Origin: Candidatus Omnitrophota bacterium
GTDB taxonomy: Bacteria; Omnitrophota; Gorgyraeia; Gorgyraeales; Gorgyraeaceae
NCBI GenBank assembly: GCA_026387235.1
Contig: JAPLMD010000069.1
Span: 26,920 to 90,919 of the forward strand
Direction: 5' to 3'
DNA: 64,000 bases
This document shows positions 21,330-30,200 of this stretch, one piece after another. A program made the position numbers and the translations under genes. Positions within the stretch are counted from its first letter, which is position 1; each line of letters starts with the position of its first letter. Below the pieces are notes generated by a model that was not told where the DNA came from, ran no database searches, and saw only the letters and a list, made by a program, of their open reading frames with translations.

Positions 21330-22136
21330 ATGTTTAAACGCGCAGTTACCTCTATAATCTTAATATTGGTCGTTATCCTCAGCATATTTGTATTGCCTGT
21401 GTGGACATTCGGGATAGTCGCGTCTTTATTTATAGGTTTAGGCCTTTATGAATTTTTCAGATTGAGCGGCGCAAAAAAAATATTTCCATTAAGTTTTGCG
21501 TACGTCGGGATTTTTTCAGGCATATTATTACCGTATATTACTTATCTTTACAGGCCTACCGGCGGCATATGGGAGATGCTGTTTTTTATACTCATATTGA
21601 TTACGCTTTTTATAATACATTTTACAAGAAAAGAAAGCCAGAATGCCGTAAATCTGATCGCGGTAACTTTATTCGCTATTTTTTATATAGGATGGTTTTT
21701 CACTTTTCTGGTGAAGATAAGATTTTTAGAAGACGGCCATAAACTAGTAGCATACCTTCTTCTTGTTACAAAATCCGGAGATATGGGCGCGTATCTTATC
21801 GGGTCTAATTTTGGAAAGCACAAACTCATACCAAGGATAAGCCCTAATAAATCAGTGGAAGGGGCCATAGGCGGGTTTATATTCAGCATAGCATGCGCTA
21901 TTATCCTAGGCAGATACTATATTTCGTGGATGAGCTTTGGTTTTATACTTGCAAGCGGAGTTTTAATAGGAGTTTTCGCGCAGCTTGGAGACTTGGCAGA
22001 AAGCCTCATTAAGAGGGATTATGAGGTAAAAGATTCAAGTGTTTTTCTCCCTGGGCTTGGCGGCATGCTGGATGTGATTGACAGCATACTTTTTGCCGCG
22101 CCTATCTTTTATATTTGCCTGACTATTTTTAGGTAA
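21330..22136 (+). CDS. cdsA: Phosphatidate cytidylyltransferase
   Basis: GSNFGKHKLIPRISPNKSVEGAIGG, C-terminal GLGGMLDVIDS. Polytopic membrane protein. Confidence 0.9.
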   Translation: MFKRAVTSIILILVVILSIFVLPVWTFGIVASLFIGLGLYEFFRLSGAKKIFPLSFAYVGIFSGILLPYITYLYRPTGGIWEMLFFILILITLFIIHFTRKESQNAVNLIAVTLFAIFYIGWFFTFLVKIRFLEDGHKLVAYLLLVTKSGDMGAYLIGSNFGKHKLIPRISPNKSVEGAIGGFIFSIACAIILGRYYISWMSFGFILASGVLIGVFAQLGDLAESLIKRDYEVKDSSVFLPGLGGMLDVIDSILFAAPIFYICLTIFR

Positions 22137-22140
22137 TGTT

Positions 22141-23292
22141 ATGGAAAATATCGCTATTTTAGGGTCAACAGGTTCTATAGGTACGAGCGGACTGGATGTA
22201 ATCTCGAAATTTCCTAAGAGATTTAAGGCCGCCTGTTTGTCCGTAAATTCAAATACAGAGCTATTGTTACAGCAAGTAAAAAAATTTAAACCGGCTGCTG
22301 TGTGCATTGCTGACAGAAAAAAAGCCGGGAAGTTCAAAGACTTATGCCGAGAAGTAAAGGTATATGAAGGCGAAGACGGACTATGCAGTATGCTGGAAGA
22401 CGTAAAGATAGATACTGCTCTTGTAGGAATAGTAGGTTCGTCCGCGCTTTTGCCTATTATTGCGGTGTTGGATAAGGTCAAGAAAATGGCTCTGGCAAAT
22501 AAAGAAGCTCTTGTTATGGCAGGCAGTATTATAATGAATAAGGCGGCAAGAAATAAGGTAACAGTAGTGCCTGTGGACAGCGAACACAGCGCAATATTCC
22601 AATGTGTCGGAAGAAGCGGCAGGAAAGATTTAAGGCGGATTTTTCTCACAGGCTCAGGCGGGCCTTTGTTAAAAGTAAAAAAGTCAAGATTCAAGGATAT
22701 CACGGTAAAACAGGCAATTAACCATCCGAGATGGAAGATGGGCAAAAAGATATCAGTGGACTCAGCTACGATGATGAATAAAGGCTTGGAGGTGATTGAG
22801 GCGCGCTGGCTTTTTGATATGGATATAGACAATATAGAGATTCTTATACATCCGGAAGCAGTGGTTCATTCAATGGTAGAGCTCAGGGACGGCACCATAC
22901 TCGCTCAGCTGGGCGCCTGCGACATGAGGATTCCTATCCAGTACGCGCTTACATATCCTGACAGGTTTGACTCCGGAATAAAAAGCCTGGAGTTTTCTAA
23001 AATAAAGAGCCTGAATTTCTATTGCCCTGATTTTAAAAAATTTCCGTGCATGGGCTTAGCGTATGAAGCAGGAAAAAAGGCAGGGACATGCCCTTCGGTT
23101 CTAAATGCTTCGAATGAAGCGGCTGTGAGGGAATTTATTGAAGGGGGTATAAAATTTATAGACATACCGAGGCTGATCGAAAAAGTCATGGGGCTGCATA
23201 AGAGCGTCAAAGACCCAATGCTGGGCGATATATTGGAAGCGGATAAATGGGCCAGGATAAAAACCAAGGAGATGATTAGATGCTGTCGCTAG
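22141..23292 (+). CDS. dxr: 1-deoxy-D-xylulose 5-phosphate reductoisomerase
   Basis: ILGSTGSIGTS NADPH-binding motif. 383 aa. MEP-pathway context. Confidence 0.9.
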   Translation: MENIAILGSTGSIGTSGLDVISKFPKRFKAACLSVNSNTELLLQQVKKFKPAAVCIADRKKAGKFKDLCREVKVYEGEDGLCSMLEDVKIDTALVGIVGSSALLPIIAVLDKVKKMALANKEALVMAGSIIMNKAARNKVTVVPVDSEHSAIFQCVGRSGRKDLRRIFLTGSGGPLLKVKKSRFKDITVKQAINHPRWKMGKKISVDSATMMNKGLEVIEARWLFDMDIDNIEILIHPEAVVHSMVELRDGTILAQLGACDMRIPIQYALTYPDRFDSGIKSLEFSKIKSLNFYCPDFKKFPCMGLAYEAGKKAGTCPSVLNASNEAAVREFIEGGIKFIDIPRLIEKVMGLHKSVKDPMLGDILEADKWARIKTKEMIRCCR

Positions 23293-24365
23293 TTTCTTTT
23301 ATAATTGTTTTGAGTATTTTAGTTATCGTGCATGAATTCGGCCATTTTATAGTTGCTAAGAAAATGGGCGTGCGCGTTGAAAAATTTTCAATAGGCTTCG
23401 GGCCGGAGATAGCTGGCGTCACAAAAGGAGGCACGAGATATTGTATTTCAATCATGCCTCTGGGAGGCTACGTGAAACTGGCCGGGGAAACAGGCGCAGA
23501 AGGGGTCAAGGGCGAGAAGTGGGAATATCTGTCAAGGACAGTCGGAGAGAGGGTAAGGATAATATTAGCAGGGCCTTTATTAAATTACATACTTGCGTTT
23601 CTGATTTTTTCATTTGTGTTTATAGTAGGAAATCCGACATTGACTGCAAAGGTAGGCAAAGTTATGCCCGGTTATCCGGCAGAATCAGCTGGATTAAAAG
23701 CAGGCGACAATATTATAAACATAAACGGTAAAGATGTGATTTATTGGGAAGATATCACGAATATTGTGCATGCGAGTAAAAATCAGGAGATAAAACTTCT
23801 CGTAAATAGAGACGGCGGACAGATAAACATTATGGTTATGCCCAAATATCAGGAGATTAGCACTATATTTGGCTCAAAAAAAAGCGTTTCTATAATAGGC
23901 ATTGCGCCGTCCGACGAAGTTGTATATGTGAAATACGGTTTCATAAAGTCTATATACATGGGGGCTGACAAATTATGGACCTTGACTTATATAACCTGCA
24001 GGGCCCTGTGGGCAAGTATTACGGGCGCGATACCTATAAAAGAATCCATGACAGGGCCTATAGGCATATTTTACATAACAGGCCAGGCAGCTAAGTTAGG
24101 ACTCGTTTATCTATTGCAGCTGATGGGCATATTGAGCGCATCTTTAGCTATTTTTAATCTTTTACCTGTGCCTGTTTTGGATGGCGGGCATATTTTATTT
24201 CTTGCAATAGAAAAGATTAGAAAAAAACCTGTTTCTCTTAAGATGCAGGAGAACGTGACTCAGGTAGGCATGGGGCTTTTGATAGTTTTAATGTTGTTCG
24301 TGTTCTATAATGATTTTAATAGGTTTGGGATTTTTGAAAAGATAGCGCAGATTTTTGAACGATAA
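23280..24365 (+). CDS. rseP: RIP zinc metalloprotease RseP/site-2 protease
   Basis: HEFGHFIVAK in TM1. PDZ region. C-terminal LLPVPVLDGG (LDG motif). Confidence 0.9.
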   Translation: MLSLVSFIIVLSILVIVHEFGHFIVAKKMGVRVEKFSIGFGPEIAGVTKGGTRYCISIMPLGGYVKLAGETGAEGVKGEKWEYLSRTVGERVRIILAGPLLNYILAFLIFSFVFIVGNPTLTAKVGKVMPGYPAESAGLKAGDNIININGKDVIYWEDITNIVHASKNQEIKLLVNRDGGQINIMVMPKYQEISTIFGSKKSVSIIGIAPSDEVVYVKYGFIKSIYMGADKLWTLTYITCRALWASITGAIPIKESMTGPIGIFYITGQAAKLGLVYLLQLMGILSASLAIFNLLPVPVLDGGHILFLAIEKIRKKPVSLKMQENVTQVGMGLLIVLMLFVFYNDFNRFGIFEKIAQIFER

Positions 24366-24384
24366 TGCCTTTGGTTAAAATATT

Positions 24385-25410
24385 ATGACAAAGCAGATAA
24401 AAGTAGGAAACGTTAAAATAGGAGGAGGCGCTCCTGTCACTATCCAGTCAATGACAAAGACTGATACCAGGAATGTCCAGGCTACCGTAAAGCAAATAAA
24501 AGAACTTGAAAAATCAGGTTGCGAAATCATAAGAGTTGCCGTAAAAGATTTTGAAGCGGCAAAGGCAATAAGGGCTATTAAAAGAAAGATAAAAATACCG
24601 TTAGTAGCGGATATACATTTTGACTATAGACTGGCTTTAAGCGCTATTGAAAACGGAGCGGATAAAATAAGGCTTAATCCGGGCAATATTTACAAAGAAG
24701 ATGAAATAAAAGAAGTCGTGAAATCAGCAAAAGAAAGAAAGATTCCTATAAGAGTAGGAGCCAATACAGGGTCGATAAAACTTAAAATAAGGAGCAATGC
24801 GCAGAGAGCAGAAAATCTGGTAAAATCTGTATTGGATTACATAAAAATATTGGAGAGAATGGATTTTTACGATATAATAGTTTCATTGAAAGCTTCTGAT
24901 GTCCTTAGCACTATAGAAGCATATAAGCTCTTTTCAAAGAAATCAAAATATCCGCTTCATCTAGGCGTTACCGCGGCAGGACCTGTTTCAACGGGTATTG
25001 TAAAATCATCTATAGGGATAGGCGCCTTGCTTCTAGATGGCATAGGAGATACTGTCAGGGTTTCATTGACAGGCGATCCTATCGAAGAAGTCATAGCTGC
25101 TAAAAATATTCTGCAGGCGTTAGAGTTAAGGAACTTCGGTCCGGAAATTATTTCATGCCCCACATGCGGGCGCTGCCAGGTAAATTTGAAGAGTATAGCA
25201 GAGGAGATAGACTGGCGAATGATCCCGTACCGTAAAAAGCAGATAAAGATCGCGATTATGGGCTGCGAGGTTAACGGCCCAGGAGAAGCGAAAGAAGCGG
25301 ATATAGGAATTGCGTTTGGAAAAGGCGCAGGGGTTATATTTAAAAAGGGCAGAATTATAAAGAGAGTAAAAGAAAAAGAAGCAGTTAATGCCATTTTAAA
25401 ATATTTGTAG
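24385..25410 (+). CDS. ispG: 4-hydroxy-3-methylbut-2-enyl diphosphate synthase (flavodoxin)
   Basis: CPTCGRC and GCEVNGPGE 4Fe-4S cluster motifs. 341 aa. Confidence 0.9.
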   Translation: MTKQIKVGNVKIGGGAPVTIQSMTKTDTRNVQATVKQIKELEKSGCEIIRVAVKDFEAAKAIRAIKRKIKIPLVADIHFDYRLALSAIENGADKIRLNPGNIYKEDEIKEVVKSAKERKIPIRVGANTGSIKLKIRSNAQRAENLVKSVLDYIKILERMDFYDIIVSLKASDVLSTIEAYKLFSKKSKYPLHLGVTAAGPVSTGIVKSSIGIGALLLDGIGDTVRVSLTGDPIEEVIAAKNILQALELRNFGPEIISCPTCGRCQVNLKSIAEEIDWRMIPYRKKQIKIAIMGCEVNGPGEAKEADIGIAFGKGAGVIFKKGRIIKRVKEKEAVNAILKYL

Positions 25411-25444
25411 GTAACTCGACTTCGGAAGCCGGATTGGTAAAAAC

Positions 25445-27181
25445 ATGCGATGGAGTAAATATTTTATCCCAACTTTAAAAGAGGTCCCAAGCGAGGCTGA
25501 GGCAGTCAGCCACAGGCTTATGATACGCGCAGGCCTTGTCAGAAAACTTGTCTCAGGCGCTTATACCTACCTTCCTTTAGGCCTAAGGATTTTGAAAAAA
25601 GTTCAAAATATAATCCGCGAAGAAATGGATAGCTCAGGAGCTATTGAACTTTTTATGCCTTCCTTGCAGCCTGTTGAATTATGGCACGAATCAGGCAGGT
25701 TTAAAGATTTGGGTGAAGACCTGATTACCTTTAAAGATAGACATAATAGGGTTATAGTTTTTGGGCCTACTCATGAAGAAGTTATAACAGACCTTGTTAA
25801 AAACCATGTAAATTCATATAAACAGCTGCCCATCACTTTTTATCAAATCCAGACTAAGTTCAGAGACGAAGTCCGCCCTAGGTTTGGGGTTATAAGAAGC
25901 AGAGAATTCATAATGAAAGATGCTTATAGCTTTGACAGGGATTGGCAAGGTTTGGACGAAAGCTATAAGAAGATGTATGAGGCATATAAGAGGATTTTTG
26001 AAAGATGCGGGTTAAAGGCAATTGCTGTAGAAGCAGATTCGGGTATTATGGGCGGAGACGTATCTCATGAATTCATGGTGCTTAGCGATAGCGGAGAGGA
26101 TTTATTAGCGCATTGCGCTTCGTGCGGATATGCAGCAAGTCTTGCTATTGCAGAATGTAAAGAAAGAACACCAGAACGCCAGAGCACCCCCGTACCACAA
26201 GGGTACGGGGCAGGCAGGACATTGGAAAAGATTAAAGAGGTAGATACGCCTGGGGTGACGACGATAGAAAAGGTTGGGCAAATGCTGAAGGTTAAGCCGG
26301 AAGAGATGGTAAAGACCCTTATTTACGCGGCAGATGAAAAGCCTGTAGCTGTTTTAATAAGAGGCGACCACGATGCAAACGATGCAAAGATAAAGAAATA
26401 TTTAAAATGCGCCAAGCTTGAGATGGCTAATGAAGATGTTATAAAGAAAGCAACCGGCGGCCCAATGGGATTTTCAGGCCCTGTGAGATTGAAAGATGCT
26501 AGGGTTATAGCAGATAATTCTATTAATGGCATGATTAATTTTGTCACAGGAGCAAATAAAAAAGATAAGCATTATATAAATACAAATATAGACAGGGATT
26601 TTAAGATTAGCGAATGGGCTGATTTAAGAATGATTACAGAAAGAGATTTATGTCCTAAGTGTAATAAAGATATAAAGATAGAGCATGCAATAGAAATGGG
26701 GCATGTGTTTAAATTAGGTCTTAAGTATTCAAAGGCAATGAAAGCTGAATTCCTGGATGAAGACGGCAAGTTGAAACCTGTGGTAATGGGTTGTTACGGC
26801 ATAGGCGTAAATAGGATCATAGCTACCGCAGTAGAGCTTCATAATGATGAAAAAGGCATAATATGGCCGCTCGCAATAGCGCCTTTTCAGGTTATAATAA
26901 TACCATTAAATTATAAAAATGGCAGCATTAAAGCTACAGCTGATTATGTTTATAATGAGTTAAAAGAGGCGGCTATAGACGTATTATTGGATGACAGGGA
27001 TGAAAGCGCTGGCATTAAGTTTAATGATGCTGAATTAATAGGGATACCTGTTGAAATAATAATAGGAGAAAAGAGCCTGAAAAAAGGTGTTTTTGAACTT
27101 AAAATTAGAGAGGCAAACAAGATAATAGAGATTAAAAAAGAAGAAATAAAGCATAAAATCTTATCATTAATAGCCCTGTAG
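25445..27181 (+). CDS. proS: Prolyl-tRNA synthetase (bacterial type with editing domain)
   Basis: Class II aaRS motifs. 578 aa. N-terminus MRWSKYFIPTLKE…HRLMIRAG. Confidence 0.9.
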   Translation: MRWSKYFIPTLKEVPSEAEAVSHRLMIRAGLVRKLVSGAYTYLPLGLRILKKVQNIIREEMDSSGAIELFMPSLQPVELWHESGRFKDLGEDLITFKDRHNRVIVFGPTHEEVITDLVKNHVNSYKQLPITFYQIQTKFRDEVRPRFGVIRSREFIMKDAYSFDRDWQGLDESYKKMYEAYKRIFERCGLKAIAVEADSGIMGGDVSHEFMVLSDSGEDLLAHCASCGYAASLAIAECKERTPERQSTPVPQGYGAGRTLEKIKEVDTPGVTTIEKVGQMLKVKPEEMVKTLIYAADEKPVAVLIRGDHDANDAKIKKYLKCAKLEMANEDVIKKATGGPMGFSGPVRLKDARVIADNSINGMINFVTGANKKDKHYINTNIDRDFKISEWADLRMITERDLCPKCNKDIKIEHAIEMGHVFKLGLKYSKAMKAEFLDEDGKLKPVVMGCYGIGVNRIIATAVELHNDEKGIIWPLAIAPFQVIIIPLNYKNGSIKATADYVYNELKEAAIDVLLDDRDESAGIKFNDAELIGIPVEIIIGEKSLKKGVFELKIREANKIIEIKKEEIKHKILSLIAL

Positions 27182-27197
27182 AAAATTGGATTTTTAT

Positions 27198-27226
27198 TTG
27201 ACACGAAAGCGTTTACGTGTTATACT
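27198..27226 (+). promoter_or_regulatory. Consensus-like sigma70 promoter TTGACA-17 nt-TATACT upstream of giant gene 1
   Basis: TTGACA at 27198-27203, 17-nt spacer, TATACT at 27221-27226. About 70 nt upstream of the ATG at 27296. A near-identical element is found before gene 3. Confidence 0.6.
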
Positions 27227-27295
27227 TTATAGTAGAGTTTTAAAAGCATTTAAAAATACATATAATATTTCCATGAACCTAAAGAGAGGGGTTAT

Positions 27296-30200
27296 ATGTC
27301 TGTGAAGCCATTATCTAGAGCAATCTCTATAACCGTGCTCATTACATTTCTTTTCACAAATATCCCATATGCTTCATCTGCCCCCAATTCTTTATTTAAG
27401 AACAAGAAAATAGACTATCAAAAGCTTTCCGATCAGAATCAAGATATTGTCCAGAAAAAGAAAGATATCCTATCTGGCGAAGATTCAAAACAAACCCAAT
27501 CACAGCAAAAACAAGCCCAGAAGATTCTGTCCAGCCATCTATCTGATATATCGCAGATTCATATTCCATCTGAGATAGGAAGGATAGTAGAGGTGCACCA
27601 GGGCACTGGGGCACCAGAGCATCAGGATAAGCTTATAGTGCACATACAAGACCTGCATACAAATCCTGAGGCAGAATATAACCTGGCAAAGATATTAGAG
27701 GTTCTATTAAATGACTATAAGATGGGTCTTGTATGTTCGGAGGGCGCTGATGGAGTTGTTGATACATCTAGTGTATCCACTTTTCCTGATTCCCAGGTAA
27801 GAGAAAAGATCTCCAAGATCTTTGTGAACGCAGGAGAACTCACAGGCGAGGAATACCTATCTATCACCAAATATCCTGATCTTCCCATCTGGGGCATTGA
27901 GAGTAAAGACATCTATTTCAGAAATATCATTGACTTCAATAAGATAATGAAATTCAACCCTGGGTCCCAAATCTTTATCTCCCAGGCTAAAAAAGCCCTG
28001 GAAGAGCTGAAAGCCAGAATCTATACAAAAGAACTGATTGAGCTGGACCAGAAAGAGGCTGATTACAAAGCCCAGAAGATAGAATCTCCTGAATATGTGA
28101 AATATCTTCTCGACTCGGCTGCTTCACAGCCTCGCTCGAAGAATATTCTCTCCAACTACAAAAATATCGGCCTATTGACTGAAACAATAGATGCGGAGAA
28201 AAAGATAGACCAGCTCAAGATAATGAACGAATCCCAAAAACTACTTTTAAACCTCCAGTCTTCCCTTAATGCCAAATCCCTCAACTCTGACATGGATTCT
28301 TTAATGGCAAAATCAAGCCTTTTCAAAGACCAGAAGATTTCACCATTCTCATTCTACAGCTACCTAAAAGACCTTGCAAATAAACACCTGAAGGACGAGT
28401 TTGGCGCAAAATACCCTAATCTGAATGGCTTTGTAGATTACCTCACTAAACTTAATTCTCTTGATTCCACAAAGCTCTTTATTGAATTAGAAGACCTGAA
28501 TTTTGAGATAAAACAAGCCCTTTCCAGAACAGATGAGCAAAAAACCCTTATCAAGGCCCTCAGAAACATAAGCTTCCTTGAAGGCTTTTTTAACCTCAAG
28601 GTCTCCAATGAAGAATTAGACTATTACCTTAATAATAAGGACTTCCATAAAGTAGCATTCTTTGAATCCTTCTTGAAACCAGCTATCAAAAAATACAATA
28701 TCAGCACCTTTATAGACTATAACCCCGATCTTATAGATTCCCATTTAACAGAGCTTGAGGATTTCTACAAGGTTGTAAAAGACCGCGATATCGCAATGGT
28801 AAATAACTCTATCTCTGAGATAGAGAAGCGCAACTCTAAAGTCAGCGCTCTTATTGCAGGAGGGTTTCATACAAAAGGCATCACTAAGCTCCTAAAAGAA
28901 AAAGGCTATTCCTATATAGTCATCTCCCCGTATTCAAAGACAGGTATAAATGAAGAGAACTATCACTATTTATTATCAGGCCAGCGTAAACCCTTAATGG
29001 AATTGGCAGAAAAGCTTAATGCTGCTGCTCTTCGCGTTATTCTTGGATTTGTAAAAGATCCGACCTTTGAAACAGAGCTTAAAAAAACTTTAGCTGCTGC
29101 TGGCATAATAGATAACCAGTTATATTCCGGTGCTAAACCAAGGATGTTATCTTTATTTGCGCTTGGGGCTGCTAAAACTCTATATCTGCGCGATAAAGCA
29201 AACTTTGATTTATCTGCGCTTCCAGCCTATTTTACATCTTCATTTTATACTGAATTAAATAAGCTTGGCTTAGATGTAGAGATAAGAGAGAGCAAATCAG
29301 GCATCCATGTGAAATGCGGGGATAATTACTTTGGCATAAATAAGGAAGATGGGGGGATAATAAAGTCTAATGCCAGCATATTTACCAGTGTATCTGATAA
29401 GAACAGAGTAATGCTGGCAAAAATAAGCGAAGAAGAGACGCTAAAAATTCCAGGGCCTCGTATTTCTGAAGGAATAACTCAGGCAGTTGCAGAAAAATGG
29501 AAAGCTAGAGCAGATATGGTTCCGGATTCGCAAATCAAAGTGATGAGAATAAAAGATTTGGAGATAGAAACTGTATTAATAACAGCTGATTCTGGAGATA
29601 TGCCTGAGGGGATACTGGCTTGGCGTTTGCGCGATAGTAAAAATAGGCTAGTGATAATTACGGAAAGGGAAGTAAAACTTGGAGACAGCTTTTCAGAAGA
29701 ACTTCTGTTTCACGAGCAATTTGAAGAGAATCTAAAACAAGAGCTTAATTATATTACTGACCGTGATCCAGAAAGGCTTAGACATACTAGGCATGCTATT
29801 GCCAGCGCAGTGGAATCTATACTATTTAGTGAGGGCGGGACCAGGCTTACGCCTTTTCATGAATATGCAATAGGCCATAGGATGAGCCTGTTGCACCTTA
29901 AAAGATTGGTCGATGAATATCAAGAACTAGGATTTTATTACAATATGATAGCAGATTTTTTTACTAGGAAAGGAATAGAATATCAAGATAAGGGCATAAC
30001 CATAGAAGCTTTACAGGCCTATGAAAGAAAATTTATAGCAAGAATAAAAGAAGAAATAAGGCACAGGACTACAGAGTCAAGAGCTCGGGCCGGCGCAAGG
30101 AGAAAGGGCAAAGCCGCTGAGGTGCCTAAGATGTATTTAGTGGGGAAAGTAGTTGTCCCTCAAGATGATGCCAGGACCCAGCAGGTGATTGAGCAGGCAA

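Noticed and set aside
22035-22832. 265-aa minus-strand ORF
   Set aside because: Lies antisense across the cdsA/dxr junction. Low-complexity S/F/L-rich translation typical of the shadow frame of AT-rich coding DNA. Both sense genes have strong catalytic motifs.
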